Of a stretch of DNA of 64,000 nt, positions 14,526 through 28,373 are shown in pieces. The position numbers were made by a program, and so were the translations under genes. The notes under the pieces were generated by a model that saw nothing but the letters and a program-made list of their open reading frames with translations, was not told where the DNA came from and searched no databases. The DNA is from Camelus dromedarius (lineage: Eukaryota). The stretch covers positions 84,322,001-84,386,000 of the forward strand of contig NC_087437.1 of assembly GCF_036321535.1 (NCBI RefSeq). Direction: 5' to 3'. Positions within the stretch are counted from its first letter, which is position 1. Each line of letters opens with the position of its first letter.

Positions 14526-17486
14526 TCTCTGATCTTGTGAAGGACGAGAAACCAGGACAGTTGAAGAGAGAGGAAAAATAGAGCAGCCAGTATTACAAGA
14601 AGAGTGAAAGGGAGGAAGGATTTTTAACACATGAGATTTGAGAGGTATCCTGTACTCACTTGGTTTTCTGATTAAAGGATTCTAATAAGCAGCTATAAAA
14701 AACACAGCATGACATAAAAGTTTACATTATTTTATATGGAAATTTTCCTAACATAAAACCAACAAAATAATTACCTTAATATTTATTTAGAATTTTAGAA
14801 ATAAAATATCGTAAAACTTGATTTTAAATTTAATTGATTTTACAAGAGTCTTGTTTACTGCCTAATCTCCCACAGTGTGAAATGAATTAATACTGAGCTG
14901 GAGTCATCCACATTTCTATTGAACAATAAAATATGTAAGCTGGCACTTTTTAAAGCATTTACCTTTGAATTTTATAATATTTCACACCTAATCTGAGCAA
15001 CTGGACCAAGGTAATGAACAATCTCATGACAGAAGGCTATGGGCATTTGTATTTGGTCAGCAATTTCTGAATTAAAGCCCGCTGGGAAGCTAAACTTCAT
15101 GTCTTATTTACTTCAGCTTTGAAGGCTGATCAAGAAGACAGCTCTAACTCTTGATAAGCATATATTTCCCCTCAGGAAATTTCCATTTTTTTCAAATTGT
15201 TCTGGGAAAAGCAGTTACTGTCTGCTGTGTATCCAGAAAGCAGAATTACAGTTATGTCACTTAAGTATGTCTGGACACCAATGTTTTCATGTGTCTAAAC
15301 AGAATTACTAACCTTGGACATTTTTATAAGAAATATAAGCACAAAGATATTCAGATAACCTAAGAATAGAGAAAACAAATGCAATCTAGTCTGGCTTAAA
15401 ATACATCTTATTTTTTTAAGGATATAAACATTACCAGTTTATCCCCTCTCAAGAAATTCTTGAACATGTATTTCAAAACCATTAAGTATTATATAGAATG
15501 GTAAAGTGTATTAATCAAATTTTCATATAAAACTTAAAATATGGAGGTTTAAATATTTTTTAATGATTAATATAGTCACTAGTAGTTTTCACAAAACTTT
15601 ATTTTAACATATTCTTGGGTATTCTTAAAAAAGATTTGGACTTGACCAAATTTTTATTAAGGTAGAAATATTAGAAATAATTTAAAACTCAATGTAGGAT
15701 CATTATTATCTGTTTAGAAGCTTAATACACATTAGCAAAATTTCATTAGGGGAAAGAGCATATTAAAAATTTATCATAAAATCTGACTTGCAACACACAT
15801 TTAATGAAATATACGTATACACGAGAATTTTCAGCTTGAAACATGTTTTTTAAATTGTAAGTCCATGTGAAATTAATGAATATATTTCCTACTGCTAACA
15901 AGACTCCAAATGACTTTTTTTTTTGCAAAGTCCAAGAAAACTGTGAGCATTACAAAACATATCTCAACAAAATTTCCCATTTTCTTAACACTGGCATTTG
16001 GTAGAGTTACTATCTAATATCAATAGCATGTACTGAATGAATACATATGACTCTTTTCACTATTTTTTACTCTTTTTTTCTTTGACCCTGTATTACCCCT
16101 GACCAAATCAAATTGTGAGTTATTTACAATGACTCTGTTGTATATCTTTTGGGGCAAAACTGTATTTTGTCCTCCTCTGATATATAGTTCCTAGATGTCC
16201 AAAAATAAATAAATACTTCATTTTTCACACAGTTTATCCCCTCATCCACTTAGCAAAAATTATTTCTTGTATAATTCTCTTCTTAAAGACCATAATCCTA
16301 AGAATCTTAAGAATCACCTGTCAAATATTTTATCTCATGGATTATAATTCATACTCATATATTTACTTATTTAAGCATGACACGTTCTAAAAAAGCATGT
16401 TTCTTTCTTCTTAAAAGAAGCATTACTCTATAATGAAAATAATAAAATAATTAGAATAATGCCTTGATTTTAGAGGATTCCTAAGAGCTTTATTTTTGCC
16501 ACCTCACCATCTTAGAAAAGAAAAACTGAAGTGTCAATCTATGTTTTGATAAATGTCCAAACTTATAATTATCACCGTTCAGGAGTAGGGGTAAGAGAGG
16601 TCAGTAAATATAAGAAATTACTGACTATTTAGGATTAGTTCCTGAGAATATTTTAGTTAATAATTTATCAAGAATCAGATATAAGTTTTATACATTAATG
16701 GGACCTAATTAGAATTATGTTTTTTTTTTTTATTTAGAGGCAGTATCACTGTTAACTTATACAAGATAAAATAGTTGAGGCAAAAATAAATAGACCCTCT
16801 CTCTACCAGTTGAGATTTTGGAAAAAAATGAGAGGTAAACTAGGATTCTGAGATATACCAGTTAGCATGCTCTGATGGACAAGAGGGTCCACCCTAAGAG
16901 AGTAGGATCCACCCTAAGAGAGCTGCACCAGAATCAAGGAAGAGTGACTGCTAAAGTACAGGTGAAACATAATACCCAACACTCCCACAGACAATCCATA
17001 ATACAAGCCAAACACCAAACATACGGCCTCAGGAACAGTCTGGACACAGTTTAATAACAGTCATTAAGATTGTGTCCTTTCCCAGCTACAGCTATGGTAA
17101 ATAACAATAACTGCCTTGCAAAAATTTGAGATATGGGATAGGGTAATGGGTAACTGAAACAAGCTTAAAGAAATTTAGTTTCTTGCTTGGTATGTCACAT
17201 CCAGTAAAACAGTACTCTCTTAGTTTACTCTAAGTTCATCTTTTGGTTGAACCAACTAGGAAATCTAGTTGGATTATTAAACAATGTCTCAAGCTACTAA
17301 AGGAGCTATTGTACATCAATTCCACATATCAAATGCATAAAATTATTCAATGACTTAAGACTATTTTCATTTTTTCCAATTATCTTTGGCCAAGTATAAA
17401 AATTAGAATAGAGAATAGTTTCCTTCAACTCCACAGAAAAAAGATAGAGGCTCACAGTCTCTTCCTCTATTAGATTTCACAAAGGC

Positions 17487-17708
17487 ATCAATTTTCAAAA
17501 TGTGACATAAAGACCATGTATATAGTCATCCGGGATGTTTTAATAAAGCATATTCCTGGGCCACACCTCAGATCTACTGGGTCAGAATCTTATAGGGTAG
17601 AAACAGGCAATTAGTATTTTTCCCTACTTTTCTCTCTCTTTATTTTTAAATTTATTTTTAAACAAGTCTCACTCAAAATTCTGTGCACTATAATTTGAGA
17701 ATCTCTGC
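17487..17708. mobile_element. MER5A-like hAT-Charlie MITE
   Basis: TTTTCAAAATGTG..ATATTCCTGGGCCACACCTCAGATCTACTGGGTCAGAATCT..AACAAG..TTTGAGAATCTCTG. Confidence 0.7.
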
Positions 17709-17715
17709 TATGAGC

Positions 17716-17911
17716 CAGTGACTTTCAACCTTATTGGCTACCCACAGTCAAAACACAGTTTACACTAGGAACCAGTAAACAGACATAAAGCAAAGTTTCA
17801 TAAAACAACCCTTGGCTCTGGTATAATTTTATATTTTCTATTCTCTTTTGTTTTTAAATTTATTTTATTTAGTAACCTACTGGGTCACAACACACAGTTT
17901 AAAAAACACTG
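17716..17911. mobile_element. Second hAT-Charlie-like MITE abutting the MER5A
   Basis: Terminal inverted repeats CAGTGACTTTCAAC ... GTTTAAAAAACACTG, with GGGTCAC near the end. Confidence 0.6.
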
Positions 17912-18835
17912 TTTAACAATGTAAGCTTTGTGATTTTATCTTCTTCAAGTACCCATTGAGCTGTAACTTTCTAACTCTATAATATTACCCTCAAATATTA
18001 GAAAACATTGTGGATTCATTCCTCACATTTCAAACAGACATGTGAATACATCATCACTGCTTATGACAAGTTTAGCTAACCATCCTTGGAATTCATAATA
18101 TATCTTGGAACTAGAACTGCTAAGTAGAGCCAGTTCTGAATCCGGAGAACACAAGAGATAGTAAAGATTTCAGTGTGTCCCTCAGAACCTTGCCCTTTAT
18201 ACCAACGAATTCCTTAGTCTATGACCTATTAAGGATATACAGAAATGTGCTGGGTTCCCCTTTCCTAGTAACTCAAACCAAGTAAAACCTGATTAAGTGA
18301 TGAGATAAATGAGATAATTAATAAATTAGCTTCCATTGTGGGTAAAATTAGAAATTCACTATTAGAATTCATTGATGGCAGTCAGGAAGTTAGGGCAGGA
18401 AAAATATCTTTAGTAATTTATTGGGAGCAATCACCAGGACATTTGGACTGACATCAGCAGAGGCATCATCATAGTTACTTACATGAAGAGTTTATTTTCA
18501 TTTCCAATTAGATACTAAGTCTTTGTATTGTAACACATGAGCTACAATGCTGAATGGAAATGAATTGAGCACAGTCTGAGAGTAACCCTAACACAACTGC
18601 TCAACAAATTAATAAGTTACCTTTAAGACCCAATCTTGAATTCTTACCGACTTATTTTATTTGGAGAAATATAACTTACATTTTTTACATGCTGCCATTT
18701 AATTATACTATCCAAAGAGGAGAAATCCATTAAGATCTGGAAATTAATTTTCTTCTTTGATCATAAAAGCTTTTCTCAAAGTCATTCTTTCCTCATTTAA
18801 AAATTTCACTCATTATTTCAAAATATTTGTCATAT

Positions 18836-19170
18836 TAATTCATTTGTTTTAATGTTTCAGATTCCAAATATAAGTGAAAACAAATAGTATTTGTCTCATC
18901 TGACTTACTTCCCTAAGCATAATACCTTACAGGGCCATCTAAAAAATTAAAACAAGTGACTATAACAAAACAGAAACAGACTCACAGATACAGAAAACAA
19001 ACTAGTGGTTACTAGTAGGGAGAGGGTCAGGGTAAGGGAAAGGCAGAGGAAGAAGATTAAGAGGTACTTTAAGTGGAATATAATCTATAAAAATATTAAA
19101 TCACTATGTTATACACCTAAAACTAATATTGCAAATCAACTGTACTTCAATTTTAAAAAAAGAAAATAAA
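18836..19170 (+). mobile_element. Short 5'-inverted LINE-1 3' end (twin-priming structure)
   Basis: 18836-18940 is L1 sequence on the minus strand. 18937-19170 is L1 3' UTR on the plus strand (AGAAACAGACTCACAGATACAGAAAACAAACTAGTGGTTAC) with an A-rich tail. Degenerate TSD ATATTTGTC(A/C)TAT at ~18823 and ~19174. Confidence 0.8.
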
Positions 19171-22100
19171 AATATATTTGTCCTATCTTGTAGTGTCTGT
19201 GCTAAGTTCTGGGGAGACAGTAGAGCATATAACAAATAAATTCAACTTCATCGAATGTACAGTATACTTTATTTTTCTACACATGTTCAAAGATGGCTTC
19301 AATTACCATATGATTTATACATCATTTAATTATGTGGTCTCACATGGACTGGATAAACTGGAGATCAGTATCCTTTAGAATATAATTATGCCTATCATCA
19401 TTTTGCCTGAATTTTATTTCAGCTGGTGTTCCCCTTTCTTACCCACCGTGTTCATGTTTCTCATGCTCACCTCTTCCCTTCAAGTACTATCTAATATTTG
19501 TCTCTCACTCTTTCATAGGTCAAGTTCTGTTGGAATTATTGTAAACTGTATCCCTCAATTGCTTACAGAAATCATTCATTTTTCATGGTATAATTTGGTA
19601 CTCTTATATTTCATCAAAATTTTATTCTCTGGTAAGAATTGTGCCATAATTATGAACTGGCTAATCACAACTCAGATATTACATAAATTTAACCTAAAAA
19701 AGGAAACAAATCAATTACAGAAAATGGTTTTTAGTATAGAAATAATTCTGGATTCACATATAAAGATACTTTAGGAACACTCAGAATCAGTACATATTTT
19801 TTAAATTTTTAATCCTTTAAGTAAAAGTTATTTTCCAAATATCTCAATCTTTTTCTATTCACATTTTAACTATATTTAAATACACTTAGCTTATACATTC
19901 CCATAAATCCTTCATCATATTTGGCATCTCTGTAAGATAAACCAGAAACAGCAAGACCAAATCTTTGGGAAGTAGAAACAGTGAATGTCAGAGCATAATT
20001 AGACAGAGTAGATATATCCATAGTCTAGTCTCAATTTACGTATGAATAACTGAGAAGGCCAAAGAAGTAATGTATGACATTCATTTTTGTATCCATCCAG
20101 TCACAGGTCCCTCAGGTTAAGTTTAACTATAGGAATTCAGGGCAGACTACAAACACTGTTTCAGGATCAAGTTTGTACATACATGTAAGGAATTAAGCAG
20201 AAAGCTTCCACCACTAAACTAAATCAGATTTGGTCTTAGGGAAAAAACAGAGAAGCCCAATGATTAGAACGAATATACAGGATTAACCCAACACGAGAAT
20301 CTTTGTACAGTGTTAAAGAATGCTGAAACTTTTCAATTAAGTCACAGCTACCCTCCAGCCTGGATGGGAAGTATGCCTACATGTGGGACTCAAATGGGTC
20401 CAGGCTCGAGCAAAGAAGAATTTATTAGGAAAGAATGATATGGTTCCAATATACTTTGTGCATTTTACATAACTATAAATATATTCAAATAAAATAACAT
20501 CTATTAAGCAACATTGGTTTCTTCTTTAAAAATAAGGGAAAGTATAAATTATTAAAGAGGACAATAAAAGAAAGAAAATTTCTTTTTATTTTAAGTATTG
20601 TTAGAATAGACCTTTTTATCAAGATGTCACATAAATAAAGGCTGCTCCAGGATATATTCAAAGTGATAATTCACATGCCCTCAAGACAGCCTATTTTTGG
20701 CTGGCTGTCAATCCAGGTAATAAGCATCCATTGTTCCTCACTCCACTACAATCACTTTACTCTGAACACTCACACTCAAATTTCCCTTGCTAGAAAAAGG
20801 AGTTCATGATTTCTGCAGGCTAAAACCCAACTTCATTACTACCCTTTCTACCTGCTTACTGCCACCTCATTGATAGAGTTGCCTCACATAATTGACAAAC
20901 ATCCATCTCTTCACAACTAACCTAAACTAAACTTGACTTTGTTAAAGAAAGAGTTCAATAAATATTTCTCATCTATAATTTAAGACTATTTAAATGAACA
21001 TGTGTTTCAAATAACATACATCATACAGATACTCATGTCTTTACATGCTCTCTCACCTATTAAACCCCAATTTTCATTATTGCTCATTTATAGATGAAAA
21101 CTAAGCTCTGAATCTTTATTCTTAAAGATTTTTTTTTTAAACCCTAAAGTTTATAGGTAAAATAATGGTAACAGCTGGACCAAAAATATTCTGTCTAACC
21201 TCTCCACACTACATTTTCATTAACAAAAATATGAGATCAGTGCCAACCCCAGGTGCTGCTCTAACAAGCAGACAGCTCTGCTCTAACAAGCTGAAAATGA
21301 GAGGATGTGTATCAACTTGCACAAAGGAAATCCAACTCATAGACAGACGCTTAGTGGAAGCTAAGTATGAATCCTGCTATGATGAAAGCACTTTTGTCTT
21401 TTTTTTTAATTGAGGTTCTAATGGAGACTAAATTCTAAATTTTCTGATTGCATCAAATATTAAAGACAGTGAGTTGAAAACTGTAGCTGTGAAAAAAGCT
21501 GACATAAATATTCTAAAATATTTATCAAGAGTAAACAGCTATCATACGCAAACCGAACCAACCTCAACTCAAGATTTTAAATAGATAAAAATGTATGAGC
21601 TGTAACATTCTAATCTGGATAAGGTGATGCTGCTGGTTTTAAGTTCTGTGATTCTCTCTGCTTACACTGAAAGAGGATAAGATATTAGGAAATCAAAGAT
21701 GTCCTAAGAGAAAAAGAAAACAGTTAAGGTGCAATAAATCCTTAAAGGTCTTAACACTCATCACCATATATAACCGAGAGAATGGTAGCATAAAGTTGAA
21801 ATTTATGATGTGTTTTAAAGGGATAAGATAATCATCTAAGCCTGTTTATAAGATTAGAGTTAAAATGTAGTGCTAAAGAAAACAGAGGCTAGGGAGAGGA
21901 GCATACTTTGCAGGAAGCCTAACCTCACATACAATGTGGAAAGCAGCTACATCACCTTGGATTTCTTCTCCCTTACCCTGGTCCTCCCATACCAATTACC
22001 AGAATATAAAAGACAAGGAAATGGGGCTGCTAACACCTATTCCTGGTTTAGTAGACATAATCTCAGACTTCTTGCTAGTGTAAACTTTATTAATTCATGC

Positions 22101-23639
22101 TGATACCTGAGATGAGGCTCCCTGCGTTCCTGTATGAAATTGATGGCACCTCTGGTTCTCTCATGCTTTAAGATTTTCAGAGATGACATTTTCCTGCCTA
22201 CAACCTCAGCTCTGGAGTAGTAGCCTTGCCTGAATCGCATCTTCATTTTAAGAAGAAATCTCAGGCTAAATGGGAGGCTGCCTCTCACCAGAGAATCTAA
22301 AGGAAGGCAGATATTTGGCTCCGTGGCAGCTATATCACAGGTGCCACAACGTAAGAGTATTCAATAGAATGTTTCAGAATAGGACCTTCAACCTGAGTGA
22401 GAAATGGTAACAGGCATGGACAGAATTAATTATGGGGGTGGTGGCAAAAGCAGCAGACTTAGTGTTCTCATGGCGCTGCTGCCAGTGTTTGACATTAAAC
22501 CTTCCTTATAAAGAAATACAAATTAATACAGTCATGCTTTTACCTCACATATTAGAAAGATCAAAATGTTGCCGATACATACTGCTGCTAGTAATATCAA
22601 ACAGGTATGTTGCAGAAAGAAAATTTCAGAAGCTCAATGGACTGCACGGTGGTCGTAGGCTCTGCTCATGGTGGTTACTTGGAAATAAACACTGAATGAG
22701 AAGCCACCAACCTCATCAATGCATGTCACCTCACAATAGGAAAAAAATGAGCCTCTCTCTGAAAGTGTTACACAGGCACTTAATATAACATGCATATCAG
22801 TTGTGATCCAAACTCATTAGACACACTATCCAGGTGACCTCACCTAACACAAAGGTAGCTAGGAAATACAATCTTCCTAACATGCTTAAAAAAACAGAGA
22901 ACTAGAAATACTGTACGAATATTATTAATTACTACCATCTGTTTTTTTACCTTTATAACTCTGACAGATTTCCTCCAGACTTTGAAACAAAAAATTGATT
23001 TTTTTAAAAAATTCAATCTTGTTGACTCACTTGATTGCCACATTGAGGCCAAGGGAAATAGATCTCCTTTCTCCTCAAAATAGTCACTCTAAGGATTAAA
23101 GTTTAACAAATTATGATTTTTGTCCCATCCCAAGCCACTATTCAGTAGCCAGGGATCAGTATCTCCTTTGCTTTGAATCAGTACTTTTCCTGCCCTTCCC
23201 AGCATTCCACCTTCACCCATAAGAATGGGTCAAGTCTGAGTTAAGAGAGAAAGAATACCGCCATCCCATATTCTAGCAGCAGTCAACCAGCAAGCAATTC
23301 ATTCCCCTTGTCCTTCCTCTACCACCAATCCTAGTCTCCTCTTCTGCTCAGATCTGTGAAACTGTTACTATCACTACTGCTCACACCAATGGGCCCAATG
23401 TCCATTAAAAAAAAGGCATTTTAAATTACCTGCAAGAGTGATTTAGACCACTGACACACTTGTTAATAAAGATGAAAATAACAGCAAGTTTGTGGAGTCC
23501 CTTGCTTGTACAGCTCAAGAGAAAATGAATAATCCTGAATGGATCAAGAGTAGAGAATAATAGAGTCCCCCCACCACAAGGTGAATGTGCATTTTGACAA
23601 CAAGATGAGGCAGAATGATTTGGGTATTTGGTTACCAGA

Positions 23640-23905
23640 AAGGTAAAATAAGAAATAAGAAATAAGAAAAGGCATTATTGCTCCTGACAAAATATACAGG
23701 GAGCTCCCAATTCGAGGCACATGGTATGATTGCACTTCTTGTCCCCTTGTTGTTGGTCTCAGACATGTGATTAACTCCCCAGGAGTTATAAGCTAAGTCA
23801 CACATTACTTCTCACCTGGAGAACTCAATGGCTGGTTTAAGATCCTCTCAAAAGCATTCACTCTTTCAGCATTCATTGCCACTGCTCTAGTCTAAGTCAC
23901 AGAAA
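23640..23905 (+). mobile_element. Old MaLR LTR fragment (MLT1I/J-like)
   Basis: GGCACATGGTATGATTGCACTTCTTGTCCCCTTG..CATGTGA resembles the 5' half of old MLT1 LTRs. Confidence 0.45.
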
Positions 23906-25436
23906 TTTTTTCCCTGAATAATGATAATAGTGTTCTAGTTGGACTCCCATGATCAACTCTTATTCTCTCCAACCACTGTTCATTCTGGGATCAGAAAAAC
24001 ATTTTTTTAAAGAAATTGGATTATTTAATGCTCCTCTCCCTTAACACCTGCCAACAGTTTCACTGCTATGCAAACAAATGCCTAGTAAATTCCTACAACA
24101 TCAACAACTTACCCAACATTTAGGACCAAGATACCAAAATCTAAAGCTTACAAAATTCTTAGAAACCAGTTTTCTCTTTCCTAATCTACTGCAGTTATTT
24201 TTTAACTGACACCACTGACTCCAGTCTTCACAATGTTTTAGTCACTACCAGAGAGAGCATTCTAAAATATTAATTACATCATATATTTCTTATTTCTTAA
24301 AACTCATTAATAATTTCTAATCAATTACGCTTCCTAATCAAGTATCTTCTAAAATCCCTGGGTTTCTGATACTAAGCATTAAATGTACAAATGAAAACTT
24401 TTAATTTTGGCTTTGCAGTTTTTTTTAAAAATCAACAGATAAAAATAGTCTAATTGTTCCCCTTTAAAATAAAAGCCATAGGGATATGAACTAATGGCAG
24501 TTTATGGAGATAAAGCAAGTCCTTCTCTCAGTCAGCTCCATTAGCTGTGTGAAACTGCTCATTCTCAGTCACATTGCATTTAATATCTACCCATATCTAC
24601 CCATAAATGACCACCAATTAAAGTAGAAACAATGAAAAATATTGATGAAGAGTTACATTAAAAAGATAAAACATGATAAAGACTGTATGTAGTTAACTAT
24701 TTATTCTGGGGAAGCTTTCATCATGTAAAACGTGTTATGTACAGATAAGTACTTGAAACTGCAATTTGACCTCATTTATTTCATCATGATGCACTAGAAT
24801 ATTAACATTATTAAACTGAACCACTGAGCATTTCAGTGCAAATTTGATAAACTTCAAATATCGAGATATTAAGAGATTTTTATACCATATCAAGTAGACA
24901 TATTTTAATTGGTATACTAAAATATACTTTTGAATTATATAAAAATCATAATTATTCCTTAAATAATTGATGTTAAATTATGTATTAATAATCAAATAAA
25001 AAGTAAAATTCTGCCTTATATTTTGACTTAAATTTAAATTTACTTTAATTTTCATTAAAATATAATAAAATAAAATGCCTTTACCCAAAGTTGCAATATT
25101 ACACCAAAAATGATTAAATGAGCTTTAAAGGTATTAAAGACATATCATAGTAAAAAGGATATAGAAGTAAAATATAAAAGTAAAAGTAAAATATTGAAGC
25201 ATGCTGACTTGATAAACAGTTTGGGATCACCTCATTTTTCGATTTCTCCTCTATTTCCAATCCCTTCTGGCTACCTCCACCTCAAAAAAAAAGAAAACTA
25301 TACTGAATCAGTTATTCTTTCACAGAAATGCCAAGCTCTTTAATTCTCTATCTGGAATAGCCTCTTCAATCTTGTGGAAAAGCCCTTTGCTATTGACTCT
25401 CCTTCATCATAAACAATGTCATTCAAGACTCTGCAC

Positions 25437-26878
25437 GTAAATAGAGACACGTAGATCAATGGAACAAATAGAGGGCCTGCATATAAACCCACATATGTAC
25501 AGTCAACTGATTTTTCCCAAAGGCGCTATGAATACACAATGGGGAAAGGATAATCTCTTTAGTAAATGATCTTAGAAAAACTGGATATCCACGTGCAGAA
25601 GAATAAAATTAGACCCTTATCTTGAACCATAGATAAAAGTCAACTCAAAGATGAAAGACTTAAAAGTAAGACTTGAAATTGTAAAATTCCTAGAAGAAAA
25701 CATAGGTGAAATGCTCCTTAAAACTGGTCTCAGCAATGATTTTTTGGATATGACACCCAAAGCACAGGCAACAAAAGCAAAAATAAACAAGTGGGACTAT
25801 ATCAAAGGTTTCCAGAAAGCAAAGGAGACCAACAAAATGAAATGGCAACCTATGGAATAGGAGAAAATATTTGCAAGTCATATATCCAATGGGGTTAATA
25901 TCTAAAATATATAAGGAACTCTTAGAACTCAAAAGCAAAAAAAATCAAATTATACAATTAAAAAATAGTCAGAGAATATGAATAAATATTTTTCCAGAGA
26001 AGACATATAAATGGCCAGCAGACATTAAAAGATGCTCAAAATCACATTAGCAGGAAATGCACATCAAAACCCCAATGAAATATCACTTCACACCTATTAG
26101 GATGACTATTACCAGAAAGTCAAAAGATAGTAAGTATTGACAAGGATGCTTATAAAGGGAAACTTTGTAAATTGTTAGTGGGAATGCAAATCAGTACGGA
26201 AAATAGTATGGAAATTTCTCAAAAAATTGAAAACAGAACTATCATACTACACAGCTATCACACTTCTGGGTACACATCCCAAGGAAATAAACCACTATCT
26301 CTAATAGATATCAACCTTCCCTTTTTCACTGCAGCATTATATACAATGGCCAAGATATGGAAATAGCCTAAATGTTAGTTGATGGATAAATGGATAAAGA
26401 TACTGATATATACATACACAATGGAATATTATTCAGCCTTTAAAAAGAAGGAAATCCTGCAGTTTACAACAACATGGATAAACTTGGAGGTCATTATGCT
26501 AAGTGAAATAAATCATACAGAGATAGGCAAATAGTGTATGATTTCACTTGTATATATCGGGAAAAAAGCTGAATTCATAGTAACAAAAGAGTAAAACAGT
26601 GGTTACCTAAGGCTGGGGCATGGAGGGAAAGGAGAGATTTGATAAAAGAAAGATAGTATTACAGTGGCTTTCAGGGGTTGCTGGGAAGGGATCATGGGGA
26701 ATTATTTTTTAATGGGTAAAGAGTTTCAGTTCTGCAAGATGAAAAGTTCTAGAAATAAATGATGGTGATAGTTGCACTACAGTATGAATGCACTTAATAC
26801 CACTGGATGATACACTTAAAATGGCTAATATAGTAAGTTTTATGCTATTCATATTTTACCTCATATGAAAAAAAAAAG
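25437..26878 (+). mobile_element. Old LINE-1 3' part (L1MA/L1MB-like), degenerate ORF2 end + 3' UTR
   Basis: ORF fragments KDLKVRLEIVKFLEENIGE..DFLDMTPKAQATKAKINKWDYIK and FTAALYTMAKIWK. Typical L1 3' UTR and A-tail. Possible TSD AAGACT(CT)GCAC at 25425-25436 and 26876-26885. Confidence 0.9.
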
Positions 26879-27239
26879 ACTGCACAAGCATTATCAACTG
26901 TGAAAAGCCTTTGTTGATTCCTTTATGAGTAAGTCACACCAACCTTCCTTATCCTCCAATAACTCCTGTGCATATTCCTACTAGAGGATATTTACCACAT
27001 TGAAATATAATTACTAGTTGAGTATTTCTCCATTCTGTGCTCAAGAATTCTGAGCTTCTTAATTAGAGGTTATTTCCATCTGTTTCAGAAATACAACTTG
27101 AGGATGCTGGGCACACCTCTATATGCTGTATAATAGCTGATATGTGAAGTCACCACCATCTCCTAATCTTCATCTCAAGGAACTCCACTTTGCCTCACCT
27201 TGTACTGCCCAATCTAGATGCCTCACCCATTGCCTTCTT

Positions 27240-27350
27240 ATGAGTGGTCCTAGGTAAACTACTTAACCTCTCTGTACCTCAGCTTCCTCATTCAAAAAAA
27301 GGGCATAATAGTACTACCGACCTCCCAGGACTGTTAGGAAATTAAGTGTG
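27240..27350 (+). mobile_element. MIR core
   Basis: CTACTTAACCTCTCTGTACCTCAGCTTCCTCAT..ATAATAGTAC..CTCCCAGGACTGTT. Confidence 0.75.
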
Positions 27351-28373
27351 TATATTCTATACAAAATAGTAGACTTCTTTCCCTTTTTTGCTCTATTTCA
27401 ATTAGATAACCTAGGATCAGACTATTTAACTTGGCAGACCGAGGCACACTGTGATATGCTGCAGCTAGGCTTATGTGTGCACAGGCACAATCACAGTGAT
27501 ACCTGGACACAACTGGCTCACCTGCCTTTCTTTTCTCTCACCTCCCTCTTCCATTCTTTTTTCTCCTTCTTGACTTGAGAGGGAGGCAGAATGGTTCATC
27601 TTTTTAATGCCAACATGAGTCATAGCTTCTGGAATTCAATTAAAGTTTGTTCAGTAAATCTAGAATGAATGATTAAACGACTTGATACCAATGTTTAAAG
27701 GTGTTCCAGCATTGCTGAGAAATAGTAATGAAATAATGCAGTTGCATAAGCATGTCACAATTTTCAGAACATTTTGACAAACAATATTATATTGCAATAA
27801 ACCTGTTATCAAAACTTCACCAAGAAGAAAACTGTGGCTCAGTGAGAGTGAAGTATTTTCCGAAGGCGACAAAAAGACCAATGTCAGTCAGCCCAACTAG
27901 TTAGTCTGTGTGGTGCCTGGGAAAAGTGTTTTTAACTTTCTTAAGCTTCTTCATATCATTTTCCAATGACTTCCAAAAAATTAGCAAAATTTGGGTTAAA
28001 TATTAATTACCTAAATGTTTTTGCCCGATAGCTATTCATGCACCAGAACCATGACTGAATAAAAGTGATTTTGGATTTTGAGAAAATGAGAGAGAAGATA
28101 TATGACTATGCTGTTTATGGAAAAAGTCAGAGATTAAAGCAACTTTCAGGTAATGCATCATTTACATAGTACAATGTTTCTAATTATATAGTCTCCAGAT
28201 TATATTTGAGTTTCTTCATATAGAATTTAGCTCCACTGTATAGAACATGAGATAGATTTTACGCAAGCAGCGTGAGAAATAATCATCATTGACACTTATT
28301 TCCCCTTAATACTGTGAAATTCTCAGCAATATTTTTATAAAATTTTCATTGCCAAAGTTGTGTACCTCCATTT

